Source: a virus (lineage: Duplodnaviria > Caudoviricetes). From it: 64,000 nt of DNA. The translations under genes were made by a program, and so were the position numbers. Shown piece after piece: positions 27,024 to 35,536 of the stretch; positions within the stretch are counted from its first letter, which is position 1; every line of letters starts with the position of its first letter. Location: positions 5,331 to 69,330 of IMG/VR virus record IMGVR_UViG_3300025723_001174; one strand, given 5' to 3'. A model generated the notes under the pieces. It had not been told where the DNA came from. It made no database searches and saw only the letters and a program-made list of their open reading frames with translations.

Positions 27024-27263
27024 TCAATACATTTTTGGGGGAAGTTGCTGATCTCTTAGGTGGCGTTTCCAACGTGCTTTGGCCGCACCTTTTTTGCGTT
27101 TGCGCTCTGTAGTAGGTTTTTCGTAACTCTGTCGTTTTAGGACTTCTTGCAATAGTCCAGATTCGTCGACTTTCTTTTTGAATTTACGTAGGGCAGAGTT
27201 GAAATTGTCTCCTACTTCTACATGGCAACCTTTATGTTGTTTTTTATTATTTGGATGGCTCAT
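27024..27263 (-). CDS. rpsU: 30S ribosomal protein bS21
   Basis: V....NFNSALRKFKKKV..SG.LQE...R..YEKPT..RKRK..AA..R. Confidence 0.9.
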   Translation of the reverse strand: MSHPNNKKQHKGCHVEVGDNFNSALRKFKKKVDESGLLQEVLKRQSYEKPTTERKRKKGAAKARWKRHLRDQQLPPKMY

Positions 27264-27289
27264 CTTCTAGTTATTAACTATTCTGTTAA

Positions 27290-27685
27290 TTACTTATCAC
27301 TATTAAACAATTTTATTAAAAAATCTGTAACACTTTCAACGTACCCACCGTTTAAATGCTCTAAAACTGATCGTAAATCTGGGTTTTCGGTGTGCCAGAA
27401 CACATTAGGGCGAGAAACTATATAGCTAGATAGTACATTAGTCATTCCGTCATCGCTGTCCAAATTAATGTATTTGTAGTCGCTTCTAGCCAAAGCATAA
27501 AATAACCATTCTACATTAGGTTCGCCCTGATATGTATACAGGTTTAGATCCTCTGGTAATTTGTTGTCTTTTAGCCACACACTTACTTCTTTTTGTTCTT
27601 CATCAGAGATACTTAAAAATAACAAACTCAGATTACCATTTTCGTAGAAATCCGGAGGTGTTATTAGCGTCAATTTACTTTCCAT
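27290..27685 (-). CDS. hypothetical protein
   Basis: 131-aa ORF coupled to the upstream gene. Confidence 0.75.
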   Translation of the reverse strand: MESKLTLITPPDFYENGNLSLLFLSISDEEQKEVSVWLKDNKLPEDLNLYTYQGEPNVEWLFYALARSDYKYINLDSDDGMTNVLSSYIVSRPNVFWHTENPDLRSVLEHLNGGYVESVTDFLIKLFNSDK

Positions 27686-29075
27686 TGTTTTCCTGTTTTT
27701 TCTGTTCTAGCGTATTAAGATACTCTTCTTCGCTGACAGTTTGAGTTTTTGCGACTACGTTCATCCATTTATTAGATTCTGCTTGCTCTTCGTTTTGGAC
27801 ATAGGTCTTTTCATTAGGTTTGATATGCGGAGGAGCCGCACCCTCATGATACATCTGTCCTTCTACTACTATGTATCCGGGAGCATTTATAATCTCAGCA
27901 ACTGGTAACTCTGGCTTTAATGGGATCACCATAGTGCCTGCATCGTCATGCACGATGATTTTATCTTGTTCGTGAGTAAATGTTGTATTAGTAGGGGGCT
28001 CTGGCCAATCGGCTTCGCTGTCCTCGTCTAACACTTTATAATCTACTACCGGAGGATCGTTTTTCAAACCAATGTAGTAGGATTTTTCTTGCTCTTTTGT
28101 CAACGTGTTGAACGCTTCATCCTCTTCTGGTGTAGTTTCTTCAGACGGTGTAACAGTTGTATAGGTGAAGCTAGGACCTGTTTGAATCCATTCACCTGTT
28201 GTGGGATCTTTGACCCCTTCAAACGCTTCTTTTATAACAGGCTCTTGTTCCTCGGCGGTAGGTTTATCACCAACATCTGCTACATAAGGATCAGGTGTAT
28301 CTTCTTTCAATTCTTTTTGTTCTTTAGCCCATGCAAAACTATATTGGCTAGCTAACAATAGCACAACAGCCAATGGATCTAATACTATAACGATTAAAAT
28401 AGTAATCCATGTTACGGCACGTTCTAACATATTAGCATCTGGAGAGCTACCGTAGACTAATGCCGCGATATATTTTATCGGGCCAACGTCCGCTTCAACT
28501 TTTCGAACTTCTGCACGAATAGGTGCGGCTTCGTCGTTAAGTTGGCTAATGATCTTCTGGTTGGCTTCAATGTCTTTGGAAAGAGCAATGCGATCCCTTT
28601 GTTGGCTTTTACGTATAGAATTGGATTTGTCCGCACCTTTTTCGTCCTGGGATCGTGCCATAACTTGGTCCACAGCTTCATCCATTTGTTTAAGTTGCTT
28701 GCGGTCACTTTCAATATTTTCTTTTGCCGTTTTAATTTTCTCATCATATATTGATATCCTTGATTGTACGTCGCCGGAAACTAGACTTTGATCTGAGTGA
28801 GCTTTACTTAAGAATCCAAAAACGCCAATGCTTGTAATCAACATCAGTACTGCTATAGCAGGCATCATATAGGCTTTAAGGAATACAGGAGCACGTTCCC
28901 AATTTTGTTTGAGCCAAACAGTAAGACTCAGCTTACCCAACTCAATTACTACACCCATGATCACAATGGGAATGACCATAGCAGGATAGATCGCGACCAA
29001 TCCTTCTACGGAATAATAAATGGCTATGGCACTAATTAATAGGCCTGATAGCAGAGTTAAGTAACCGACTAGCAT
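27675..29075 (-). CDS. membrane-anchored coiled-coil protein
   Basis: Three N-terminal TM helices, coiled coil, further TM, acidic tail. Confidence 0.8.
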   Translation of the reverse strand: MLVGYLTLLSGLLISAIAIYYSVEGLVAIYPAMVIPIVIMGVVIELGKLSLTVWLKQNWERAPVFLKAYMMPAIAVLMLITSIGVFGFLSKAHSDQSLVSGDVQSRISIYDEKIKTAKENIESDRKQLKQMDEAVDQVMARSQDEKGADKSNSIRKSQQRDRIALSKDIEANQKIISQLNDEAAPIRAEVRKVEADVGPIKYIAALVYGSSPDANMLERAVTWITILIVIVLDPLAVVLLLASQYSFAWAKEQKELKEDTPDPYVADVGDKPTAEEQEPVIKEAFEGVKDPTTGEWIQTGPSFTYTTVTPSEETTPEEDEAFNTLTKEQEKSYYIGLKNDPPVVDYKVLDEDSEADWPEPPTNTTFTHEQDKIIVHDDAGTMVIPLKPELPVAEIINAPGYIVVEGQMYHEGAAPPHIKPNEKTYVQNEEQAESNKWMNVVAKTQTVSEEEYLNTLEQKKQENNGK

Positions 29076-29087
29076 AATATCCCTTAT

Positions 29088-29468
29088 TTATTTGTAAAAC
29101 TGCCACCCATTTGATCCAACTTGTTGACAAGCACGTTCTTGATAATACTGAGACTTGCCCTTGATAACAACTTCAGTTTGGAACACCCTACAAAATCCAT
29201 CACCGATTGGATACGTATACACCACACGAACATGTCCATTGGCCGCATTATATTTTGACCACCAATCCACGATCTCGCCGTTTTGAGTGTTGTTTAGAGC
29301 AACAGCTACAGCTCGTATCAGGAGTTGTTCGTCCTCCGGTTCTAGACTATTGCCCCAACCCCAAGCAAATGCTTGAGTACTACAGAGCAATAAACTAATT
29401 ATTAACCACTTCCCAGCGGCCGTCAAATTTTTGGCAAGCGAGTCCACGTTGTTGCACCATGTTTCCAT
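29088..29468 (-). CDS. RT0821/17-kDa surface antigen-like protein
   Basis: AL....NGE.V.W......G.V.V....P.G...CRVFQT...I.G.....Q.RAC......W. Start uncertain. Confidence 0.7.
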   Translation of the reverse strand: METWCNNVDSLAKNLTAAGKWLIISLLLCSTQAFAWGWGNSLEPEDEQLLIRAVAVALNNTQNGEIVDWWSKYNAANGHVRVVYTYPIGDGFCRVFQTEVVIKGKSQYYQERACQQVGSNGWQFYK

Positions 29469-29739
29469 TTAGGTTAATATAATAAATGTATTCACCACAA
29501 TTTTTAGCAATACCTGCTTGTTTGATAGTGATACGATCTAACTGATTATCAGTACACACCATAACATCCTTAGTACGCTGGCCCTGAGGCGTTGATACTG
29601 TTTCACTTCGCAGATTACACATCTGTTCTGTGGGCGGTCTGTTAGGTGTTGAACTGCACCCCGATAACAAAGCAATAAGAGCAAACATTAGGACAATAGA
29701 TATCCACATGATCTCTTTTACACGATAAGGATGCATCAC
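29395..29739 (-). CDS. lipoprotein
   Basis: Lipobox LLSGC; C-terminal G.ACQ..DGRWEVV. Confidence 0.7.
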   Translation of the reverse strand: MMHPYRVKEIMWISIVLMFALIALLSGCSSTPNRPPTEQMCNLRSETVSTPQGQRTKDVMVCTDNQLDRITIKQAGIAKNCGEYIYYINLNGNMVQQRGLACQKFDGRWEVVNN

Positions 29740-30248
29740 TGCACCTTTTTAGCGTCAAATGCCGAAGCCAATGTTTGCACATCTTTTTGGCTAATCTTCA
29801 ACATAACAAACGCACGGTAATTACCTTGCTCTGGATTGTAGGTTACAACCTTCTGATCGACTCCGTAAGTGCGAAGTACATTATCTGTGATCTTGTTCAC
29901 AATAACATCACTAGCATGTCCTTTGCCGATTGGATTAGCTGGATTGCCGGATTCTGTATAACTGATCGAAGTTGTATTTGACAACTCGCCTGCTACACGA
30001 TCTGCAATTTTAGCTTTGGCCTTGAGTGTTGCTTTCTTAACAGCCATCTCCATGCTTGGGCTTACGTCTTCGGCAACTGCATAATACATGCCTTGGCGAT
30101 CCCAAATCCATCCTTCATTACCTTTGTCTGCGTGATCCAAATACCAACTAGGTACCTGTTTCTCTTTGACGTTTTCGGTTTTCAATGTAGTCATGCCCGA
30201 ACAAGCTGTAAGAGCAACTACGATTGGAACTAACATAAACTTCTTCAT
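29736..30248 (-). CDS. LPP20-like lipoprotein
   Basis: MKKFMLVPIVVALTAC lipobox; P.WY, YAVA...S..M..A..KA...AK..IA. SD AGGAGG. Confidence 0.75.
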   Translation of the reverse strand: MKKFMLVPIVVALTACSGMTTLKTENVKEKQVPSWYLDHADKGNEGWIWDRQGMYYAVAEDVSPSMEMAVKKATLKAKAKIADRVAGELSNTTSISYTESGNPANPIGKGHASDVIVNKITDNVLRTYGVDQKVVTYNPEQGNYRAFVMLKISQKDVQTLASAFDAKKVQ

Positions 30249-30275
30249 ACTACCTCCTGTGTGTGTTGATGTATA

Positions 30276-30304
30276 ATTGTAACACGGTTTTACCTGTGTG
30301 TCAA
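30276..30304 (-). promoter_or_regulatory. sigma70-type promoter TTGACA-17-TACAAT
   Basis: Near-consensus hexamers with 17-nt spacer, upstream of the lipoprotein cluster. Confidence 0.8.
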
Positions 30305-30307
30305 CCA

Positions 30308-30709
30308 TTATCGTCTCATTTTGGAAATATCAACTGCTTGTTCGTCCGAGAATACCGGAACAGCATTTGACTTGTGCATAGTAGCAATACCCAAAACTTT
30401 AGTTCCTGTGTAGACTTTTGGAGCCGGAAGTGTTGCATTCCCGCCACCCGAATCTCTACTAGGAATATGGGCTGTGGTATTACGACCTTCAGGAATCTTC
30501 AAACTATACCCGGTACTAGTTAAGTTACCAGCACTCATAGCACGTTTGCGTTTCTTTTCTTCCTGTTCGATACCCTGTCGTTTGAGCAGTTCTTTCCACG
30601 CACGATCAGCTTCTTCAGCCTTACGCTTGTGTTCGGCACTGGCCCATTTTACCTTGCCTCTTTTCTTGCCTGTAGTGGATAACCACGGGCCTTCCAAATG
30701 CATACTCAT
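30308..30709 (-). CDS. conserved phage hypothetical protein
   Basis: MSMHLEGPWL...VYTG..VLGIATMHKSNAVPVF. Confidence 0.8.
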   Translation of the reverse strand: MSMHLEGPWLSTTGKKRGKVKWASAEHKRKAEEADRAWKELLKRQGIEQEEKKRKRAMSAGNLTSTGYSLKIPEGRNTTAHIPSRDSGGGNATLPAPKVYTGTKVLGIATMHKSNAVPVFSDEQAVDISKMRR

Positions 30710-30798
30710 ATATCACACTCTATAAAAATAAATGTAATGAATAAAGCCAAAATCCAATGGCCTGTAAGTATAAGAACGATTGGTACTAGCCAAGCCAT
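30706..30798 (-). CDS. small membrane protein (30 aa, MAWLVPIVLILTGHWILALFITFIFIECDI)
   Basis: Manual ORF filling the gap; ATGA overlap with downstream gene. Confidence 0.55.
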   Translation of the reverse strand: MAWLVPIVLILTGHWILALFITFIFIECDI

Positions 30799-30799
30799 A

Positions 30800-31126
30800 T
30801 TATACTGTTACAGTTTCGGTTTCTGGAATCGCAACGTGTACTTCACGCAATGATAATACTTGTTCAACCAATTTCTTGTTTAAACCAGTAAAACGAGCGA
30901 TAGTACCGTCTGGCATGATTTTAAGCGATCCTGCGACTACCCAAATCTGTTTACCACTTACATCGATGCCGGCTAACTTGCGGACAACACCATTAACGAT
31001 GCCTTGCGGAGTAACCTTACCAATATTCCAGTAGTAGGTACCGGCATTACCAGACCAAATTTGCTCATCGCTACTATTAGCCTTACAAAACTTCTTAACT
31101 GCATTAATCGTAATATCTGCGTTCAT
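30800..31126 (-). CDS. hypothetical protein
   Basis: SD AAGGAGG; sigma70 promoter upstream. Confidence 0.75.
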   Translation of the reverse strand: MNADITINAVKKFCKANSSDEQIWSGNAGTYYWNIGKVTPQGIVNGVVRKLAGIDVSGKQIWVVAGSLKIMPDGTIARFTGLNKKLVEQVLSLREVHVAIPETETVTV

Positions 31127-31158
31127 AATGAACCTCCTTTGATTATACTACAGTAACT

Positions 31159-31187
31159 ATTATATGGTTTTATCTGTAATAAGTCAA
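31159..31187 (-). promoter_or_regulatory. sigma70-type promoter TTGACT-17-TATAAT
   Basis: Direct reading. Confidence 0.8.
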
Positions 31188-31237
31188 TACCTAATTTTAC
31201 CAAAATAGTTTAGGTAAATACCTCGGGAGGATATGCT

Positions 31238-31642
31238 ATGTCCAAAATACTATCAATTTTATTAGTAACATCTACTGTAGCAGGTTGTGCTTGGATAACA
31301 CCAACAGCACCATTTGATTCAGCGGAATATAACACTATAAACAGGATCTATACAGATGCAGAGTGGTATAAAGCAGAATGTGACGATCAGATTAAAACCA
31401 AACAAAACTTCTTTAATCTAGAAAGAGAAACGAGACTTTTGGTAAACTACAGTAAAGATCTGCCTAACAATGACAGCACGATTGTTATGACGCAGAATTT
31501 GGATAAGGTAGTTGGAGAAGCATATAAGGCTTACCAAAACAATGAAACCCGCACTAAATTTTATTGTACTTTGAAATTAAATGCAATCGAAGAAGCCGCT
31601 GGAACAATTAAATCAGCAGTAGCACAACGTAGGAGACCATAA
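31238..31642 (+). CDS. lipoprotein
   Basis: Lipobox VAGC; TAAATA at 31215-31220 and SD GGAGG. Confidence 0.75.
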   Translation: MSKILSILLVTSTVAGCAWITPTAPFDSAEYNTINRIYTDAEWYKAECDDQIKTKQNFFNLERETRLLVNYSKDLPNNDSTIVMTQNLDKVVGEAYKAYQNNETRTKFYCTLKLNAIEEAAGTIKSAVAQRRRP

Positions 31643-31887
31643 TGGACCCAATTCAGCAATTAACACAATTAATGGGCTATCCGGCAGTGAGCGGACGTAG
31701 CCAGCAGGCAGTTCAAATAGCGCAGGCTATACAGGCTAATCAAATTACTAGACAAGAAGCCGCAGAGTTATTGGAAGATTTAAAAACTCAAAATCAAATA
31801 GAAGGTCAGGCAAACACTCTGCAAGAGCATCTTGCTTTTGATCAAGCTGTTTCTGGTTTGATTATGTTGGTAAGCGCAACGGCTTAA
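31642..31887 (+). CDS. hypothetical protein
   Basis: TAATG coupling to the lipoprotein gene. Confidence 0.7.
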   Translation: MDPIQQLTQLMGYPAVSGRSQQAVQIAQAIQANQITRQEAAELLEDLKTQNQIEGQANTLQEHLAFDQAVSGLIMLVSATA

Positions 31888-32144
31888 GCGCCGTAGAGTT
31901 TTTTACGCTTGTCGAGAAGTTCTTGGCATGTAATACAACGTGTTACACCCTTGATTGCTTCTCTTCGAGCTTGTGGAATATCTTCTCCACAATCTTCACA
32001 TTCTTCCAGACTAGGTTGTTCTGCTTGCTTTTCTAGCTTGCGTCGAACATCTGCCACAGCGTTCATGTGTAAGTGAATAGAATGAAGTTGAGCCATTTCG
32101 GCTTCTTCTTCGTTATTATATTCAAAATCATCTTTGTTGTTCAT
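31884..32144 (-). CDS. TraR/DksA C4-type zinc-finger protein
   Basis: CEDCGEDIPQARREAIKGVTRCITCQE. Confidence 0.9.
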   Translation of the reverse strand: MNNKDDFEYNNEEEAEMAQLHSIHLHMNAVADVRRKLEKQAEQPSLEECEDCGEDIPQARREAIKGVTRCITCQELLDKRKKLYGA

Positions 32145-32176
32145 AGCAGATCGATATTAAAGTTTATAAGTGCATT

Positions 32177-32205
32177 ATTGTATATGAAAACTTTAATTTT
32201 GTCAA
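32177..32205 (-). promoter_or_regulatory. sigma70-type promoter TTGACA-17-TACAAT
   Basis: Direct reading, upstream of TraR/DksA. Confidence 0.8.
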
Positions 32206-32534
32206 CCCCAGCGTTGTTTATAAACATTTAATGCTTTCATCCTAGCCAACGCTAATCTTATTTTCACATAGTCACTGAGTTCTGTATTGCGTACTATTTC
32301 AATACGGTTACGATTTCGACCAAATACTATATCATCGTCTACTATCAGTTCTTCTGGATCAGTCGGCGGGTTTATCGCTATCGTCGATTTTAATCGTAGT
32401 TTTGGTTTTCCATGGGCCCGAACGTTTTTGGTCACATGCCGCGTCTGGGCAACGACAGGAATAGACATATTCGCCATCCCATTTTGAGCCTTTATCATCA
32501 AAGCTATAGTGATTAAAATCAAAAACCTTTTCAT
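32202..32534 (-). CDS. hypothetical protein with signal-like N-terminus
   Basis: 110-aa ORF with GAGGA upstream; an overlapping alternative ORF exists. Confidence 0.55.
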   Translation of the reverse strand: MKRFLILITIALMIKAQNGMANMSIPVVAQTRHVTKNVRAHGKPKLRLKSTIAINPPTDPEELIVDDDIVFGRNRNRIEIVRNTELSDYVKIRLALARMKALNVYKQRWG

Positions 32535-32609
32535 TCCTAGTCCTCATTAGCATAATTCCCTCCTTAGGGTGCATATACTAATAACGCCTAAGGAGAGGGT
32601 TTAGTTGAC

Positions 32610-32636
32610 AAAAGAAAAGCACCCGAAGATGCTTTC
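32610..32636 (-). terminator. intrinsic terminator after tmRNA
   Basis: AAAGCATC-TTCG-GGTGCTTT + TCTTTT. Confidence 0.75.
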
Positions 32637-32644
32637 TGCTATTT

Positions 32645-32967
32645 TGGATGACAAGGTATAACTACCTCGCAAGAGCGGTTTCTTAGGCCGCTAATTCGAA
32701 CGCGAAGTCGTTGCTAGCAACTTCTTCTACGCTGAAAGTCTTGAATTCAAATGTGTTTGCATTTGTATAATTTGCTTGATTTACAGTCATCGCCTACTGT
32801 GTTGCCGTCTCTACTATCTCGCCACGTCGAAGCCAATACAGGCCCATCAAAAGTGTACCAGCCTGGCCAGCTTTCGTATCGAATACTATACGATACACTT
32901 TTGGTGGACCTGCCGGGAGTCGAACCCGGGTCCGCAACGCCTTCGCTTTGAAGGAATTACAACAATA
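32645..32967 (-). ncRNA. ssrA: circularly permuted (two-piece) tmRNA; tag ANTFEFKTFSVEEVASNDFAFELAA*
   Basis: Acceptor piece ...GGACCCGGGTTCGACTCCCGGCAGGTCCACCA (3' end 32902) precedes coding piece starting GGGCCTGTATTGGCTTCGAC (32845). Acceptor stem GGGCCTG/CAGGTCC has G3-U. Tag frame 32760-32683 ends LAA. Outer ends approximate. Confidence 0.9.
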
Positions 32968-32973
32968 ACTTTA

Positions 32974-33002
32974 ATTATACTATCTTTTGACGAGCCCGTC
33001 AA
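32974..33002 (-). promoter_or_regulatory. sigma70 promoter TTGACG-17-TATAAT for tmRNA
   Basis: Direct reading; -35 lies in an inverted repeat TTGACG-GGCT-CGTCAA. Confidence 0.8.
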
Positions 33003-33066
33003 GACCTACTCTCGCCTAATAATAATCTGGAATTGCTATGCAACTACGCTTAACGGATAATATTAT

Positions 33067-33921
33067 TTAACGCTTTGCAGGCGTGAATATCATCATTAGA
33101 CTGTAAGAACCGGGCTTATCAATACTTGGACTCCATTTGGATCCATTAGTAACACTACTACCACTAGGGTTATTATTGTTAACAGTTTTACCGCCTTGAT
33201 TTCCACCGCAGAATTGCAATGTACTGCCTAAATTTGCATATACAAAATTAACGTGACTACCTTTGGGATTTCCGTAATCCCAAATGGAAATATCCCCGGG
33301 ACTGGCTGATTGCCAATTGGTTGCAGTTGTGCCACGCTGATATTTTACAGTACCGCCCCATTTACTTGGATTGGCATAAATCGATGCTACTCCTAAATCT
33401 TGTGTATATTTGTAACCAGTATTTTTTAATGTAAAATTAACAAAGCCTGCACACCATGGAGTTTTTTCATCTTGTGCCCAAGTACCACAACCTAGATCTT
33501 TGAATATACCTACGATATTTTGATTTCCACCAGGACCTAACGGTGCGGCACCTCTAGTCCAAGTTGCGGCTTCTGCTAGCCTTGCATCAAGGAAGGCTTT
33601 AATATCGCCATTAGTTTGAACAACAGTACCTGGAGGTGCGCTTGTTATAGCCGGTGCATCTGTGTCTGGCAATGCAACTGAAGCAGGTTGATCTCCGCTT
33701 ACAGTTGTTGTGCTTCCCGGATTGGATGGTTTATCTAATGGAGTTAATTCCGGAACGGACATCGCTAAAGTGATGCTAGGATTATTTCCGTTCATCGATG
33801 GCTCACCGTACAATACTACCTTTTGTCCGTTGATAATAACGTTAGGACTTTTGTAGAGATCATGAACGCCAGGATCACTACTTAATCGTTGTATGCTACT
33901 GCTTATCCATGGGGTTGCCAT
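33067..33921 (-). CDS. TIGR02594-like CHAP/NlpC peptidoglycan hydrolase, possibly baseplate-associated
   Basis: TPWCAGFVNF.L, PGDI, SHVNFV, GGNQ. Confidence 0.75.
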   Translation of the reverse strand: MATPWISSSIQRLSSDPGVHDLYKSPNVIINGQKVVLYGEPSMNGNNPSITLAMSVPELTPLDKPSNPGSTTTVSGDQPASVALPDTDAPAITSAPPGTVVQTNGDIKAFLDARLAEAATWTRGAAPLGPGGNQNIVGIFKDLGCGTWAQDEKTPWCAGFVNFTLKNTGYKYTQDLGVASIYANPSKWGGTVKYQRGTTATNWQSASPGDISIWDYGNPKGSHVNFVYANLGSTLQFCGGNQGGKTVNNNNPSGSSVTNGSKWSPSIDKPGSYSLMMIFTPAKR

Positions 33922-33941
33922 ATCTATTCCTTGTTAAACTA

Positions 33942-34232
33942 TTATTTAACCAGGGCGATTCCGGTAGTGCCTTCCATATACTGATCGGCCGCATCTTTCT
34001 TGCTTGGAACAACAAAAAATACGTGATTGCGCTGTAGTGTAATCTTTTCTGAATTACCTAAAAATACCCAAGGAATCATGCCTAATCCGCCCTGACCCAT
34101 AGTAAGTGCTAGAGGACGACTGATTGTAACACTATCTTTATCCTCACTTTCAAAACGTGCAATGATTTCATCACCGTTGATAATTTTAATACTGACAACG
34201 TCTCCGTTGCTCAAACCTTTGTTAATTAACAT
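33942..34232 (-). CDS. conserved T4-like phage protein, Sm-like fold
   Basis: GDVVSIKIINGDEIIARF...ISRPL...GLGMIPW. Confidence 0.7.
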   Translation of the reverse strand: MLINKGLSNGDVVSIKIINGDEIIARFESEDKDSVTISRPLALTMGQGGLGMIPWVFLGNSEKITLQRNHVFFVVPSKKDAADQYMEGTTGIALVK

Positions 34233-34698
34233 AATTTCCCTGTTCGTCTATTTCTTGCCAACTATAATCGCCTAGGTATTTTACCTGGGCTATATAATCG
34301 TAGTTTTCTGGTTTACCAGTGGACCAATCATTTGGTCCATGATGTGTTAGTATAGTACATTTATGCCTTGTGTCCCATGCTAACCAATATATTTGACCAT
34401 GGGCTACTTGGAACTGATATTTGGCTTCGTGTACTGCATCTGTAATTTCTAGTCTGCGCTTAATGCCAGCCGCTTGTTTTTGTAGAACAGCTACCAGTTC
34501 CATTATACGATTGTATTCTTGTTGCCCGTGTAGTCTAGCAATATTGACCATTAGGTCTTTTTGCTTTTCTACAGGAATTAGATCAAATGCAGGACCGCCT
34601 ACTTCTGTAGGGTAAGGTGTTACATTCCTATTAAAAAATGCAACTAATCCTGTACTAGTTGAATCGTAGCTATTACGACCTTTGGCTAGGTTGGACAT
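34222..34698 (-). CDS. DUF2452-like protein
   Basis: PYPTEVGGPAFD, A.L..QQEY.RIMELV.VL..QA, Y.F....GQIYWL. Confidence 0.7.
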   Translation of the reverse strand: MSNLAKGRNSYDSTSTGLVAFFNRNVTPYPTEVGGPAFDLIPVEKQKDLMVNIARLHGQQEYNRIMELVAVLQKQAAGIKRRLEITDAVHEAKYQFQVAHGQIYWLAWDTRHKCTILTHHGPNDWSTGKPENYDYIAQVKYLGDYSWQEIDEQGNYVN

Positions 34699-35368
34699 AT
34701 TCCCCTACCATTGGAAATACTTCCGAAATTACTTTTGCACAGGCTATAGCAACTTCTTGGTGTTCTTTTTGTGTACCGTTGGCACTACGTAATTCAATAA
34801 AGTGTACCCATGAGCGTAGGGTGCCGTTCATGTATATACGGCTTTCAATTAGACCTTCTGGTAATACAGCTCTTGCTTGTTCTTTAGCTATGCCACGACT
34901 GACAGCCCATTCGTAGGTTTCTCTTGACTTAGCAATGATATCTCTTTGTAAGTTTTCCCACTGATATGCGATCTGGCGGTGCATATCATCTTCGAGGTTG
35001 AGATCTCTTGAATTTTGTCTGTTGGTTGTGTCTTGCAGTCTTGCTTCTCTTGTGACAAAGTTAAGGTCTTTAGTAGGGTCTGCGTATCGCTGAGAAAATT
35101 CTTGAAAGCTAAAAGATCTATGTCTGAGGATCTGTCGGGCAATATCACGGGTAGTTGTGATTTCGATACAGGCTGAGACCATTTCGAGTGGACTCCAGTG
35201 CTGGTGCTTGACCAAGTATCGTATGAGTTTCTCCGATGTTTCGGTGTTAAGTTGATTGGAGGGATTGCTGACACGGGCGCAATAGGCAATGAGCTCTTGT
35301 GCGTCATTAATTCCCACGCTTGCAAATTCTTCAGTTGGCTGGCTGTAACTAAGTAGTCGAACATTCAT
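34673..35368 (-). CDS. thyX: flavin-dependent thymidylate synthase
   Basis: AYCARVSNP, HQHWSPLEM, RQILRHRSFSFQEFSQRY, AKEQAR.VLP, GTLRSW.HF..LR. Confidence 0.95.
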   Translation of the reverse strand: MNVRLLSYSQPTEEFASVGINDAQELIAYCARVSNPSNQLNTETSEKLIRYLVKHQHWSPLEMVSACIEITTTRDIARQILRHRSFSFQEFSQRYADPTKDLNFVTREARLQDTTNRQNSRDLNLEDDMHRQIAYQWENLQRDIIAKSRETYEWAVSRGIAKEQARAVLPEGLIESRIYMNGTLRSWVHFIELRSANGTQKEHQEVAIACAKVISEVFPMVGEYVQPSQRS

Positions 35369-35374
35369 TTATTT

Positions 35375-35536
35375 TTACTTTCTGGTTATATGCTGTGCTA
35401 TGTTGTTTATGTTATCTTTTCTGCGAGTGTTCTCACGTTCTAGATAGGAAATTTTACCTGCTAGGATTTTAACAACTCTTTCGAGTTCGTTGATGCGTTT
35501 TTCTAGTTTTTCAATTTGTGGATCTTTAGGAGTCAT
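35375..35536 (-). CDS. small coiled-coil protein (53 aa, MTPKDPQIEKLEKRINELERVVKIL...)
   Basis: Manual ORF filling the gap, overlapping upstream stop. Confidence 0.65.
   Translation of the reverse strand: MTPKDPQIEKLEKRINELERVVKILAGKISYLERENTRRKDNINNIAQHITRK

Noticed and set aside
32902-32940. Possible tRNA (T-arm GGTTCGACTCC + CCA)
   Set aside because: No anticodon arm. It is the acceptor piece of the permuted tmRNA. No canonical tRNA was recognised elsewhere in the window.
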